From NCBI GenBank assembly GCA_963761305.1, contig CAVXGK010000001.1, positions 1,056,001-1,120,000 of the forward strand: 64,000 nucleotides of DNA. Reading direction: 5' to 3'. Below are positions 17,273 through 27,402 of the stretch, one piece after another. Under the pieces are notes generated by a model. The model was not told where the DNA came from. It saw only the letters and a program-made list of their open reading frames with translations, and searched no databases. The position numbers were made by a program, and so were the translations under genes. Each line of letters starts with the position of its first letter. The stretch's first letter is position 1. This DNA is from an uncultured Gemmatimonadaceae bacterium. GTDB lineage: Bacteria; Gemmatimonadota; Gemmatimonadetes; Gemmatimonadales; Gemmatimonadaceae.

Positions 17273-19993
17273 GTGTGGTTCGATCTTCGTCCCGGAGTGC
17301 GCCGGTGGTTCCGGCTGCCGCTGTTCTCACGCACCGCGGCTCGCCGCGACGTCGACGACGAGCTCGACTCGCTCATCGCGAGCCGCGTCGATCATCTGGT
17401 CGCGCAGGGCATGTCGCCGCTCGATGCGCGCGCCGAAGCGCTCCGCCGACTCGGCGCGTCGCTCGACGACGCGCGACTTCAACTCCAATCCTCCGCCGAA
17501 CATCGGGAGCGCCGAATGCGATTCACCGAATGGCTCGAAAGCGTGATGCAGGACGTGCACTACGCGGCCCGCGGGTTGATTCGGCGCCCGGCGTTCACCG
17601 CCGTCGCCGTGCTCACGCTCGCCATCGGCGTCGGCGCGACGACCGCCATCTTCAGCGCCGTGAACGTGCTGTTGCTTCGGCCGCTGCCCTATGCCCGCCC
17701 TGACGAACTGATGCGGGTGTCGCTCACCGTGCCGCCGCGCGACGGTCAGCCGGGGCGCGACAACATGGTGTGGTCGTACCCGAAGTTCGCCGTGTTCCGA
17801 GACGCCCAGCAGGTGTTCGGCGATCTCGCGCTCTACACCGAGTCGCAGGTCACGCTGACCGGCGGGGCCGACGACGTCGAGCGCGTCACGGGCGAATACG
17901 TCGGCGCGAGCTATCTTCGCGTGCTGGGACTCGCGCCGTCGCGCGGGCGTGATTTCGATCGCGCAATCGACGCGCACGCCGGCGCTCCTCGCCAAGCGAT
18001 CATCTCGTACGCGCTCTGGCAGCGCAGATACAACGCCGATCCGTCGGCCATCGGTCGCACGATCGACATCGACCGCGACGTGTGGACGATCATCGGCGTC
18101 GGTCCGCGTGACTTCCGCGGATTGTCCGGCGACGCTGATCTTCTGTTGCCGCTGACGACGCAGCCCGCCGAGGAATTGCAGCAACCGCAGTCGCACTGGC
18201 TCGCGCTCGTCGGGCGTCGCGCACCGGGCGTCAGCGAAGCGCAAGCGGAAGCCGCGGTCACGATGCTCGGCTCGCGTGTGAACGACGCGTTTCCCAATCC
18301 CGTGGACAAGTTGAAGTGGGGCGCCAAGGCGTCGCCGCTCAACGATGCGCGTCTCGCCCCATCGATCAGGCGTTCGTTGCTCGTGCTGTTCGGCGCGGTG
18401 GGACTGGTGCTGCTCATCGCCTGCGTCAACGTCGCCAACTTGTTGCTCGGCCGAGCGAGCGCGCGGAAGCGCGAGATCGCGGTGCGCGTCGCCATCGGCG
18501 CCGGGCGCGCGCGTCTCATCCGACTGCTCCTCACCGAGAGCCTGCTGCTGGCGGGCGTCGGTGCGGTGGCGAGCGTCGCGGTCGCGTGGATCGGCGTTCG
18601 CGCGCTCGGCACGGTCGATCCCGCCACGACGCTGCGCCTGCCGCGCGGGGATAGTGCCATCGGCGCCGTCGCGTTTTCGTCCATCTCGCTCGACTGGCAC
18701 GCGCTCGCGTTCACGTTCGTCGTATCGCTGCTCGTCGGCGTGCTGTTCGGGCTGGCGCCCGCGCTCGGTGCCGCGCGCGAGTCGTTCGCCGGTGCGCTCA
18801 AGGGCGATCGCATTCTGGGCGCCGGCGCCGGTCGACGCACGTTGGTCGTCGCCGAAGTCGCGCTCGCGCTCGTGCTGCTCGCCGGCTCCGGGCTCATGAT
18901 CCGCAGCTTGGCCAATCTGCTCGCCATCAATTCCGGGTTCGACGGGAGCGGCGTGCTCACGTTCCGTCTCACACTGCCGCCCGGCAGCGTGCCGCGCGAT
19001 TCGATGCCCGGTTTCTATTCGCAGCTGATCGATCGCGTGCGCGCGGTCCCTGGCGTGACCGACGTCGCGCTCGACAACTGTGCACCGACGGGCGGTTGGT
19101 GCAGCCGGACGGGCCTCGAGCGGATCGGTGTCCCCGGCTCGGACATGATGCACTCGTCGATGATTGGTGCCGACTTGGTCACGCCCAACTGGTTCTCCGT
19201 CATGCGAGTCCCTGTGAAGCGCGGCCGCGTGTACACAGCGGCGGACCGCATCGGAGCGCCCAAAGTCATCGTCCTCAACGAAGCGGCGGTGAAAACGTTC
19301 TTCGGCGCCGACGATCCCATCGGCAAGCGTATCAGCATCGGCATGGGTGGCATGGACAGCGCCGAGGTGATCGGTGTCGTCGGCGATGTGCGTCAACAAC
19401 CCGACTCCGCCCCGGGACCGGATGCTTACATATCGTACCTCCAGTCTCCGCGGCCGGGGTCGATCGTGTTCGTCCGTACGGCGCGCGACCCCGCGACGAT
19501 CGGCCAGGAAGTTCGGCGCGCCGTGCACGACGTCGCACCGCAGCTACCGGTGTACGACATGTTGACGATGCGTGAGCGCGCGTCCGCCGCGACCGCGCAA
19601 GCTCGCTTCCGCGCCGTGTTGCTCGCGCTGTTCGCCATCACTGCGCTTTCGCTCGCGGTCGTCGGGATCTACGGCGTCATGTCGCTCGCCGTCACCGCGC
19701 GCACGCGCGAGATGGGCATTCGCATCGCGCTCGGTGCCGAGAGCGGACGCGTGCAGCGGCTCGTCATCGGCGAAGGGATCGGACTGGTGAGCGTCGGCGC
19801 GGTGATCGGAATTGCCGGCGCGCTCGCGGCGACGCGCCTGCTGCGCACCTTCCTGTTCGATCTCTCGTCGAGCGACCCGCTGACGTACGCGGCGATCGTC
19901 GTCGTGCTCGGCGGGGCGGCGATCGCGGCGAGCTGGATCCCGGCGCGACGTGCGTCGAAGGTCGATCCGGTGGTGGCGCTGCGAGCCGAGTAG
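17273..19993 (+). CDS. ADOP-type ABC permease with permease-prefix domain
   Basis: DVDDEL prefix, QDVHYAARGL, LLIACVNVANLLL and PARRASKVDP; GTG start right after padR. Confidence 0.92.
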   Translation: MWFDLRPGVRRWFRLPLFSRTAARRDVDDELDSLIASRVDHLVAQGMSPLDARAEALRRLGASLDDARLQLQSSAEHRERRMRFTEWLESVMQDVHYAARGLIRRPAFTAVAVLTLAIGVGATTAIFSAVNVLLLRPLPYARPDELMRVSLTVPPRDGQPGRDNMVWSYPKFAVFRDAQQVFGDLALYTESQVTLTGGADDVERVTGEYVGASYLRVLGLAPSRGRDFDRAIDAHAGAPRQAIISYALWQRRYNADPSAIGRTIDIDRDVWTIIGVGPRDFRGLSGDADLLLPLTTQPAEELQQPQSHWLALVGRRAPGVSEAQAEAAVTMLGSRVNDAFPNPVDKLKWGAKASPLNDARLAPSIRRSLLVLFGAVGLVLLIACVNVANLLLGRASARKREIAVRVAIGAGRARLIRLLLTESLLLAGVGAVASVAVAWIGVRALGTVDPATTLRLPRGDSAIGAVAFSSISLDWHALAFTFVVSLLVGVLFGLAPALGAARESFAGALKGDRILGAGAGRRTLVVAEVALALVLLAGSGLMIRSLANLLAINSGFDGSGVLTFRLTLPPGSVPRDSMPGFYSQLIDRVRAVPGVTDVALDNCAPTGGWCSRTGLERIGVPGSDMMHSSMIGADLVTPNWFSVMRVPVKRGRVYTAADRIGAPKVIVLNEAAVKTFFGADDPIGKRISIGMGGMDSAEVIGVVGDVRQQPDSAPGPDAYISYLQSPRPGSIVFVRTARDPATIGQEVRRAVHDVAPQLPVYDMLTMRERASAATAQARFRAVLLALFAITALSLAVVGIYGVMSLAVTARTREMGIRIALGAESGRVQRLVIGEGIGLVSVGAVIGIAGALAATRLLRTFLFDLSSSDPLTYAAIVVVLGGAAIAASWIPARRASKVDPVVALRAE

Positions 19994-20014
19994 CGCGGCG
20001 CTGCCACGGCGTCT

Positions 20015-20530
20015 CTACGCGCTCGCGTACGTGAGCGCGCCGCCGACGATTCGCGCCGGCGGCGCCAATCGGTGAAGCTCCGCGGCTCCCTCGTCGCGAA
20101 TGTGTTCGACGCGCACGCCAAGCGAAGTGAGCACGTCGGCGATGATCCGGCGATGACAGCGCCACCACAGCAGCTCGGCGCACATGATCGCCGTGCGCGC
20201 GCCGGCGGCGATCATCAAGAGCTCGAACAGTCCGTCGGCGAATTCCGGAGTTGCGACGTGGTCCGCGTAGCCGCGAAACGCCGGATGTCTCCATCCGGTG
20301 TTCGGTGAGTCGGCACTCGTCCGACGCCGCCCCCCGAGCGCCGGGATCCAGCAGTAGTCGATGTCGTGGGTCGCGAGACGACGCGCCAGACGAGACGGGT
20401 TGAACTGCGGCGCACGTCGCGATCCGGGGAATCGGCGCACGTCGACGAGCGTCTCGATCCCATGCGCCTCCAGCACGGCGATGAGCTCATCCGACTTGCG
20501 CGTCGAATGGCCTAGGGTCCAGATCGTCAT
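20015..20530 (-). CDS. DUF488-family protein
   Basis: IWTLGHST, LVDVRRFP, LGGRR, FRGYAD and MCAE..WWRCHR motifs. Confidence 0.9.
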   Translation of the reverse strand: MTIWTLGHSTRKSDELIAVLEAHGIETLVDVRRFPGSRRAPQFNPSRLARRLATHDIDYCWIPALGGRRRTSADSPNTGWRHPAFRGYADHVATPEFADGLFELLMIAAGARTAIMCAELLWWRCHRRIIADVLTSLGVRVEHIRDEGAAELHRLAPPARIVGGALTYASA

Positions 20531-20635
20531 GTGCCGCCAAGCTGAGACGCGTAGCAGTTGGCGTCGGACTGGCGCGGCGCGTCGATGGGTCGTACTTCCC
20601 ATAGGAAGCGTTCCAATCCAACTCGAGGGATTTTC

Positions 20636-21496
20636 ATGGCTCGCCGCACGCTACCGAGGCCGATCGTCCTGTTCGCCATGCTCGCCACGCTTATCACGGC
20701 GTGTGCGACGAAGACGCCGTCGTCGCCGGCGCCGGTCCAGGCCGGATCGCACGACATGGCATCGATGCCTGGCCACGACATGTCCGCGATGGGGTCGCAC
20801 TCCGCCGCCGAGCAGGCGTTCCTCTTCCCTGACGGCGACGACAAAGGCTGGTCGAAGATCGAGAACGGCACGCAGCACAACATGGCGCCGGAGATTCCAC
20901 TCGCCAAACTGGCGCCGGCGACGCGCGTTGAGCTGCTGCGCCAACTCGCGCTCACCATGGACGTCATCAGGAAGTATCCGACCGTCAAGGACGCCGAAGC
21001 CGCGGGCTATCGTCGCGCCGGTCCGTTCATCCCGGGGCTCGGCACACACTACGTCGGCGGGCGCACGAGCCGGGGGACCGCGCTGACCGACGACGACATC
21101 CTGCATCCGTCGACGATCATCTACAACGGGAACAAGCCGGCCTCGCCGATCGTCGGGTTCATGTACATCTCGAGCGTGATGGCGGGCGCGCCGGAACCGG
21201 AGGGATTCGCCGGACCGAACGATCATTGGCACTATCACATGGGCATCTGTCTCGTGCGCGGCGCGAACGGCGCGCAGGAGGCGCTCGGTTTCGACGGCAG
21301 CATCACGCAGGACGGCTGCAAGACGAAGAGCGGCAACTGGGTGGCGACGACGCAGTACCTGTTGCACGTCTGGACGGTGCCGGGCTACTCGAATCCGCTG
21401 GGCGTGTTCGCGCACGCGAATCCGGCGCTCACGTGCGGCGACGCCACGTACTACACCGACGAGCACGACATCACCAATCAGTGCAAGGCGCCGTAA
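20636..21496 (+). CDS. Hypothetical His/Met-rich lipoprotein
   Basis: ITAC lipobox; HDMASMPGHDM, GTHY, WHYH..C and LHVW..NPLGVFAH motifs. Confidence 0.8.
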   Translation: MARRTLPRPIVLFAMLATLITACATKTPSSPAPVQAGSHDMASMPGHDMSAMGSHSAAEQAFLFPDGDDKGWSKIENGTQHNMAPEIPLAKLAPATRVELLRQLALTMDVIRKYPTVKDAEAAGYRRAGPFIPGLGTHYVGGRTSRGTALTDDDILHPSTIIYNGNKPASPIVGFMYISSVMAGAPEPEGFAGPNDHWHYHMGICLVRGANGAQEALGFDGSITQDGCKTKSGNWVATTQYLLHVWTVPGYSNPLGVFAHANPALTCGDATYYTDEHDITNQCKAP

Positions 21497-21850
21497 CGGC
21501 CGAGCAAACATTTATTGTAGGACTCGTATGACGGCCGGCGCTCGAAGGGAGCCCGGCCAGCCGATCTCGGCGCCGTCGGTCGCCCCTCGCGGGCGCGGAT
21601 TGTCGGCGAACGCGTGAAACGGGGCTTGCCCCCGGGGGTTGCCACAGTCTGAACCATTCCCGCCGGGCCGAGTCCCGGACCGTCGAGCGGCGCGGCGGTC
21701 AATCGATTACCTTGTAGGATGCTGGCGAGCGGCTGTGAGCCGCTCCTTTCTCCAGTCGCCTGGCGTGCGCGGCCAGCCGGCTCCCGAGAGTCGCCCGGAT
21801 CCAGCGTTCTTCGTCCTCGAGGACGCCGTGCAACCGCCGCGACGACAGGA

Positions 21851-22792
21851 ATGACGACTTTCGCGCACGATCTCGCGATCTCCGCCGTCCCGTACGACAC
21901 GATTCTCGTCGGGGAGCTGGCCGACAGACTCGCGCCGCGCTTGAAGACCACGCCCGTGTGGGCCGGGCATTCGACGTCGGTGCCCTCGGACGCGACGTCG
22001 ACACTGCTGGCTGATTCGGCGCGCGTCGCGCTCGTGTTGCACCAGCGCCTCTGGTGTCACGACCTCGCGACGCAATCCGACGATGCGGCGCTCCGCGTCC
22101 GCCTCCGCGACAATCCGGAATCCGTTCGCGTCGTCACGCTCGACCATTCGCCGCTGCCCGACCTGTTGGCGTCGGCCGAGCGATGCGACTTCGCCACCGC
22201 CGGATTGGATGGAGTCGCGCAGTTCGCGCTCGACGCGATCACGGCATCGGGCGGCACCGTGCGGCGCGCAATGCCGGAGCCGGTAGCACCCGGCGAGGTG
22301 AAACACGGATGGTCCCAGGCTCCGCCGCCCTACCTGGCGCAGCCGCGTGCGTTTTCATCGCTGCGCCGCGAGCTCGACGCGATCGCCACCGAGTCGGAGT
22401 CTCACTTGCAAGACGCGCGAGGGCATTTGAGCGATCGCATCATCGAGATGCACAACATTCCGAATCGCATGCACGCGCGCATCGGCGACATGGCGATCAG
22501 CTTCTCATGGGTATCGGGCGGTCTCCGCGCGGTGTCCGATGGGCGCCTACTCGTCATCGAGTGGGGAGGCATTGCCCCGCACATCAAGGGCATCAAGGCG
22601 CTCAATGCGGCGACGGCGATTCGAGAGCGCGTGTACCAGGCCGAGAGCACCGGCCCCGACAACTGGCGTTGGCGCGGAGACGAGCCGAACGGCCGCGCGT
22701 GTTCCACGACAAACCTCGTCGCCGAGTGGTTTGCCGCTGCCTCGATCGCCATGTCCGACGTGACCGCTGCATCGGCCTCGGCGGTGGCTTAA
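21851..22792 (+). CDS. Hypothetical protein with a degenerate N-terminal TIR-like domain
   Basis: HDLAISA..D..V.ELA.RL, ARVALVL..W..T..D and VVTLD..LP pattern; AGGA RBS. Confidence 0.65.
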   Translation: MTTFAHDLAISAVPYDTILVGELADRLAPRLKTTPVWAGHSTSVPSDATSTLLADSARVALVLHQRLWCHDLATQSDDAALRVRLRDNPESVRVVTLDHSPLPDLLASAERCDFATAGLDGVAQFALDAITASGGTVRRAMPEPVAPGEVKHGWSQAPPPYLAQPRAFSSLRRELDAIATESESHLQDARGHLSDRIIEMHNIPNRMHARIGDMAISFSWVSGGLRAVSDGRLLVIEWGGIAPHIKGIKALNAATAIRERVYQAESTGPDNWRWRGDEPNGRACSTTNLVAEWFAAASIAMSDVTAASASAVA

Positions 22793-23053
22793 GAAGATGC
22801 TAACGCGTTTCGGCGGACCCAGTCGCGCCGGCGCGCGTTCGCGGTTATATTTCATTCAAGCGACACAAGCGCCTTGCGTTTTCGAATGGTCCCCCGGGGT
22901 CTGCCGATGTGCGAGCAGATCCCTTTTTCATTGTGTCGCGAGCAGTTCGCCGTCGGCGGACTCCCCATCGTGAGGGGCTGATCACGAGCACGTTGTGTCG
23001 GTCGGTACGGCAGCTCCGCACTCCCTACACAGCACATCACCAGGAGCAAGACA

Positions 23054-23266
23054 ATGCGTTCGACTGGCACCGTAAAGTGGTTCAACGACGACAAGGGCTT
23101 CGGCTTCATTACGCCGGAGAACGGAACGAAGGATCTCTTCGTCCATCACTCCGCCATCCAGGGCAGCGGCTTCAAGTCGCTCGCCGAAGGTGAGCGCGTC
23201 GAGTTCGACGTTGTGCAAGGACAGAAGGGCCCGGCGGCCGAGAATGTGACCAAGTTGGCTCGTTGA
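23054..23266 (+). CDS. Cold-shock protein (CspA family)
   Basis: [22 protein letters not shown] and [10 protein letters not shown] motifs. Confidence 0.97.
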   Translation: MRSTGTVKWFNDDKGFGFITPENGTKDLFVHHSAIQGSGFKSLAEGERVEFDVVQGQKGPAAENVTKLAR

Positions 23267-24282
23267 GCCAACCCCTCGCATCCCCCGCCTCGGCGGACTG
23301 GCGCCGCGCGGTCGAGCCGTACGTCGGCCCGAATGCGCGGCGCGCGTCGCTCCAACTGGCGACGACGCTCATCCCACTCGCACTGTCGATGTGGGCGATC
23401 CATGCGCTGGTGAATTGGTCGTTGCTCGCCGCGCTGCTCCTCGCTCTCCCGACGGCCGGCCTGTTGGTGCGCACGTTCATTCTCATGCACGACTGCGCCC
23501 ACAGCTCCTTCTTCGCCTCACGCCGGGTCAACGACACGGTCGGCTTCATCACCGGCGTGCTGACCCTGACGCCGTTCGCCCAGTGGCGGCGCGATCACGC
23601 GCTGCACCACGCGTCGTCGGGCGACCTCGACCGGCGCGGGCATGGTGACGTCCCGACGCTCACGGTGCGCGAGTATCTCGCCAAGTCACCGCGCGCACAG
23701 CTCGGCTATCGGGTCATTCGCCACCCGGCGCTGCTGCTGCTCGGCGGGCCGTTTCACCTCGCGATCAACCAGCGGCGGCCGGCCACCGGCACGTCGGCGA
23801 GCGTGAGCCAACCCGCCGCCGTCTGGAAGACGAACATCGTCTTGCTGGTGCTGTTCGCCGTCGCGTTCGTGACGGTGGGATGGAAGAGCGTCGTCTTCGC
23901 GTATCTGATCCCGTATTACATCGCGGCGATGGCGGGCGTGTGGCTCTTCTACATCCAGCACCAGTTCGAGGACGCGTACTGGGCGCCGCACAACCGGTGG
24001 GACTACGTGGAGGCGGCGCTCCGCGGGAGCTCGCATCTGCGGTTGCCCTACGTGCTGCGGTGGTTCACCGGGAGCATCGGGCTGCACCACGTCCACCACG
24101 TCGCGCCGCGGATCCCGAACTATCGGTTGCAGTCGTGTCACGACTCCAACGCGATGTTTGCGAAATCGCCGGTGGTGACGGTTCGTTCGGGCACGGCCGC
24201 GCTGCGGCTGGCGCTCTGGGACGAGGACAGGCAACGCTTGATTCGGTTTGCCGATCTCACGCCTCGCCCCCAGGAGGCGTGA
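23263..24282 (+). CDS. Membrane fatty acid desaturase (Des-like)
   Basis: His boxes HDCAH, HALHH and HHVHH, plus QHQFE and PRIPNY; TTG start overlaps the csp stop. Confidence 0.92.
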   Translation: MSQPLASPASADWRRAVEPYVGPNARRASLQLATTLIPLALSMWAIHALVNWSLLAALLLALPTAGLLVRTFILMHDCAHSSFFASRRVNDTVGFITGVLTLTPFAQWRRDHALHHASSGDLDRRGHGDVPTLTVREYLAKSPRAQLGYRVIRHPALLLLGGPFHLAINQRRPATGTSASVSQPAAVWKTNIVLLVLFAVAFVTVGWKSVVFAYLIPYYIAAMAGVWLFYIQHQFEDAYWAPHNRWDYVEAALRGSSHLRLPYVLRWFTGSIGLHHVHHVAPRIPNYRLQSCHDSNAMFAKSPVVTVRSGTAALRLALWDEDRQRLIRFADLTPRPQEA

Positions 24283-24488
24283 TGCCGGAGATCATTCTGA
24301 GCGAAACGGATCGCATCGATTGGGCGCTCAAGACGTTCAAGCGCCAGGTGCAGAAGTCAGGCGTGCTGCGCGAGCTGCGGAAGCGGCGGCACTACGTGAA
24401 GCCGAGCGCGGCCCGACAACTCAAGTCGAAAGCGGCGCAGCGTGCGCGGAACAAGGCCGCCAAAAAGTCCGCGCGACCCTCGCGTTGA
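24282..24488 (+). CDS. rpsU: 30S ribosomal protein S21
   Basis: ALKTFKRQVQKSGVLRELRKRRHYVKPS; TGATG coupling with AGGAGG RBS. Buried in ORF 23880..24488. Confidence 0.9.
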   Translation: MPEIILSETDRIDWALKTFKRQVQKSGVLRELRKRRHYVKPSAARQLKSKAAQRARNKAAKKSARPSR

Positions 24489-24535
24489 CGATCGGATCGC
24501 CGCGCCACCAGCGCGCGTCTCTCATAGAGGCTTGA

Positions 24536-24754
24536 ATGAAGGAAGAAGCAATCGAGATCGAGGGTGTCGTGTCGGAAGTTTTGCCGAGCGCGATGTTCCG
24601 CGTGGACCTCGCCAACGGCCACCGGCTGCTCGCGACCGCCGCCGGCAAGATGCGGAAATTCCGCATCCGGATTCTCGCCGGCGATCGCGTCACCGTTGCC
24701 GTCTCGCCGTACGACCTGGACCGCGGCCGCATCACCTTTCGCCACAAAGTTTGA
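24536..24754 (+). CDS. infA: Translation initiation factor IF-1
   Basis: [30 protein letters not shown] and SPYDL.RGRI motifs. Confidence 0.97.
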   Translation: MKEEAIEIEGVVSEVLPSAMFRVDLANGHRLLATAAGKMRKFRIRILAGDRVTVAVSPYDLDRGRITFRHKV

Positions 24755-24764
24755 CGAGGACACC

Positions 24765-25007
24765 ATGAAGATTCCCGATCACGTGAACGCACGATGGGTT
24801 GCCACGCTCGCCGACGATCAGCTCCTCGCGGCCGAATCCAAGTTGCACGCCGATTTCCGAAAGCACGAAACGGTGGAGAAAACGCGGAGCGGAGCGCGGT
24901 ATATCCTGCTCCAGGGACCACCGCAGCTCGTCAGCGCGTGGCACCGGTGGCTGCTCGTCAGCAACGAGACCCGTACGCGCGGCCTGAACGTTCGGCACGC
25001 GCGCTGA
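24765..25007 (+). CDS. Small hypothetical protein (80 aa)
   Basis: GAGGA RBS, 10 nt after infA, same strand. Confidence 0.7.
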   Translation: MKIPDHVNARWVATLADDQLLAAESKLHADFRKHETVEKTRSGARYILLQGPPQLVSAWHRWLLVSNETRTRGLNVRHAR

Positions 25008-25098
25008 GCGCGCGAGGGTCGGTCTAGTTCCTGGCCGACTCGCCGCCCTTCGACGTGTCTTGGGGGTCGCGCCGCATAGCGTGCGTCCCGCAAGGCGT

Positions 25099-25797
25099 CT
25101 AGGCCAGGATGTTCACCGCCCGCGCCGCGACCAGCGCCAGCGTCAGAAGCGAGACAGTCGCTTCGAGCATCATCAATAGCTTCATCCGGCGCGACAGCGG
25201 CAGCGTATCGGTCGGTGAGAACGCCGTCGAGGTGTTGAACGAGAGAAAGAGATAGTCGACATAGCCGGGCTTTGCATCAGCGCCGATGGTCCCCGCCGGG
25301 AGCATCGTCTGCGGAAAGATGAACTCGGATCGTCCCCGGTGGTCGCGCAGGTCGAGCCACGGGCCGCCACGATCCAGCACCCAGTACCAGATCGAGAACA
25401 CGATGACGTTCGTGGCCCAGATGTTCAGCGCGTCCAGCAGCAGCGCGCGGCCATTGTGAGTCCTTCCGCCAAGCAGGGCCGCCACCAGCAACAGCAGCGC
25501 CCGAGAGTTGGCGAAACTGATGACCACGATGAGCGCCAGCCCGAACGCACGGTTGAATCGGCGGTACGAGTTCGCCGATTCCCACTGCTGGCTCGTGTGC
25601 GCGCGCCATGCGAGCCGTTCCGCGCGAAGCGTCGCCGTGGTCAGCGGCACCAACAGGATGATCTCGAGCACGGGCGCCAGCCAGCGGCTGCCGTATCCAA
25701 AATCATTGATGAGCGAGAACTGCAACGTCACGACGACCGCGGCGGCCCCGCGCACCAGCCAACGGTCGAGCGTCTCTGGGTGAACGTCGTCGGACAT
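25099..25797 (-). CDS. DUF1345-like membrane protein
   Basis: WYW.LDRGGP, F.FPQ and DYLFLSF.TSTAFSPTDT motifs. Confidence 0.85.
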   Translation of the reverse strand: MSDDVHPETLDRWLVRGAAAVVVTLQFSLINDFGYGSRWLAPVLEIILLVPLTTATLRAERLAWRAHTSQQWESANSYRRFNRAFGLALIVVISFANSRALLLLVAALLGGRTHNGRALLLDALNIWATNVIVFSIWYWVLDRGGPWLDLRDHRGRSEFIFPQTMLPAGTIGADAKPGYVDYLFLSFNTSTAFSPTDTLPLSRRMKLLMMLEATVSLLTLALVAARAVNILA

Positions 25798-25817
25798 GTC
25801 GCCCGAATCGACGCTCC

Positions 25818-25856
25818 GACGACGCGTCCCTGGCTATGGCACGATGGGCGTAGCGC
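25818..25856. repeat. Direct repeat copy 1 (39 bp) flanking the TonB gene
   Basis: GACGACGCGTCCCTGGCTATGGCACGATGGGCGTAGCGC; 36/39 match to 26794-26831. Confidence 0.85.
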
Positions 25857-25879
25857 GGCGCCGCGATCGGCCCCGAGGT

Positions 25880-26692
25880 TTATGGCCGCTCGCGAATCTC
25901 GAAACGAAAGTTCTGTTGCACGAGCTGGGGCACGACGGTGCCGGCGAGCCTGGCTGGGAAAAAGCGGGCCCGCCGCAGCGACGCGCGGATTGCATCCATG
26001 AACAGTTGGTGAACGTGCGACCTGAACTCGATGCTCGGCTCGTTGACTTTGCCCGTGCTATCGACGACGAACTGCACGTTGACCTCGGCCTCGATCCCCG
26101 CGGCACGGAGCGACTCGGGGTAGCGCGGCTTCGGGTTACCGGGCCGCGGCGTGACCTGCTCGTCGACCAGGTCCGGCGTGTAGATCCCGTTCTTCGCCAC
26201 CGGCACGATCGGGGCGAGGTCGCTCAAGCGCGCCGCTCCCTTATTGAAATCGGAATCGGCGACTGCCGTCGGTGCGGTGGTGTCGGCTTCCACTGCGCGC
26301 ATCACCTCGGCGATATCGAACGCCGGGTGAATGTCGGCCAGGCCATGTGTAACGGCGTCGAGCGTTGCTTTGAACGCCGCCGAGTGCGTCCGCACGTCCT
26401 CGTGTCCGCCGCCCGGTGAACCTCTCCGCGCCTCCTTCGCCGATCGTGCAGACGCATGCAGCTCCCGGGTCGCCGCCGGAGCCATGTCGGTTGGCGCCGG
26501 TGTGAGGTATCTCAATTGGATCACGAGCGGAGCCGCTTGTCGCACTCGGATCCACCCGTGCGAATTCGAATCGGTGCCGCGTGTCGCCATGACCACGGCG
26601 GCGATCACAACGGCGTGAGCGACCACACTGGCGGCCACCGGCACTGATCGAATGCGCCGTGCCGGACGCGAGCCGAAGAGTTCTCGAAGCAT
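25880..26692 (-). CDS. Energy transducer TonB family protein
   Basis: N-terminal S...H TM segment; PRYPESLR.AGIE.EV.VQFVVD.TG TonB_C motif. Confidence 0.88.
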   Translation of the reverse strand: MLRELFGSRPARRIRSVPVAASVVAHAVVIAAVVMATRGTDSNSHGWIRVRQAAPLVIQLRYLTPAPTDMAPAATRELHASARSAKEARRGSPGGGHEDVRTHSAAFKATLDAVTHGLADIHPAFDIAEVMRAVEADTTAPTAVADSDFNKGAARLSDLAPIVPVAKNGIYTPDLVDEQVTPRPGNPKPRYPESLRAAGIEAEVNVQFVVDSTGKVNEPSIEFRSHVHQLFMDAIRASLRRARFFPARLAGTVVPQLVQQNFRFEIRERP

Positions 26693-26793
26693 GCTGCCAA
26701 TCCTTCACGTCATTATTCGCCGAGAGGGATGGCACAGCGCACGCCGGACCGACGTCGATTCCCAGAATTCCTCGTCGAGCCGCGGATCGTGCG

Positions 26794-26831
26794 GACGACG
26801 CGCCCTGGCTATGGCCCTATGGGCGTAGCGC
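26794..26831. repeat. Direct repeat copy 2 (38 bp), overlapping the sigma-factor stop codon
   Basis: GACGACGCGCCCTGGCTATGGCCCTATGGGCGTAGCGC. Confidence 0.85.
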
Positions 26832-27332
26832 TGACGCGCGCCGAGGCCTGGCGGCCCATGCCGGAGACGCCGGTTTTTGGGAGGGGGACGTTGGCTCCTT
26901 CTTCTTGCCCGCCTTTTCGCGCGGTACGTCAAAGCCAGCCTCGAGCAGCGCGCCGCGGAAGACGCGATGCGCGTGGGTCATGTGTTTGGCGACCATCTTG
27001 ACCGAGATGCCCAGGTGTTGGGCCGCTTCGGCGTAGGACCGTCCGTCCTCCCGCACGGCCACGAATGCCGCGGCGCACGGCGGCGGCAGCAACGCCAATG
27101 TGTTGTCGTACAGTGCCGTGCACTCGCGCTCCATCCACTGCGCCTCCGGGTCCATCCACGTGTGCACGCTCGCCTCGCGTTCACGCATGTACTCGGCGTC
27201 GCGTTCGGCGGCGCGCCGCTCGCGCCGCCGGAGATCGATCATCGTTCGCTTCACGAGCACGGCGACGTAGGCCTCGAGCTCCGATTTGTCTCGCGGCTTT
27301 CGTCCAACCCTCCTGTCCTGCGGTTCAGTCAA
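26817..27332 (-). CDS. ECF sigma-70-like factor, N-terminally truncated (region 4 plus part of region 2)
   Basis: AY....KRTMID.RRR (region 2.3/2.4) and LP..C..AF..R.DG.SY.E.A..LGIS.K.V (region 4); TTG start with GGAGG; regions 2.1/2.2 absent. Confidence 0.75.
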   Translation of the reverse strand: MTEPQDRRVGRKPRDKSELEAYVAVLVKRTMIDLRRRERRAAERDAEYMREREASVHTWMDPEAQWMERECTALYDNTLALLPPPCAAAFVAVREDGRSYAEAAQHLGISVKMVAKHMTHAHRVFRGALLEAGFDVPREKAGKKKEPTSPSQKPASPAWAARPRRASALRP

Positions 27333-27402
27333 TGCATCCTCCCTTGTCAATGAGTGCGTGTATTTCGCGTGGGCGGCGCCCGCGCGGAGCCGGCGACGCC
27401 GA

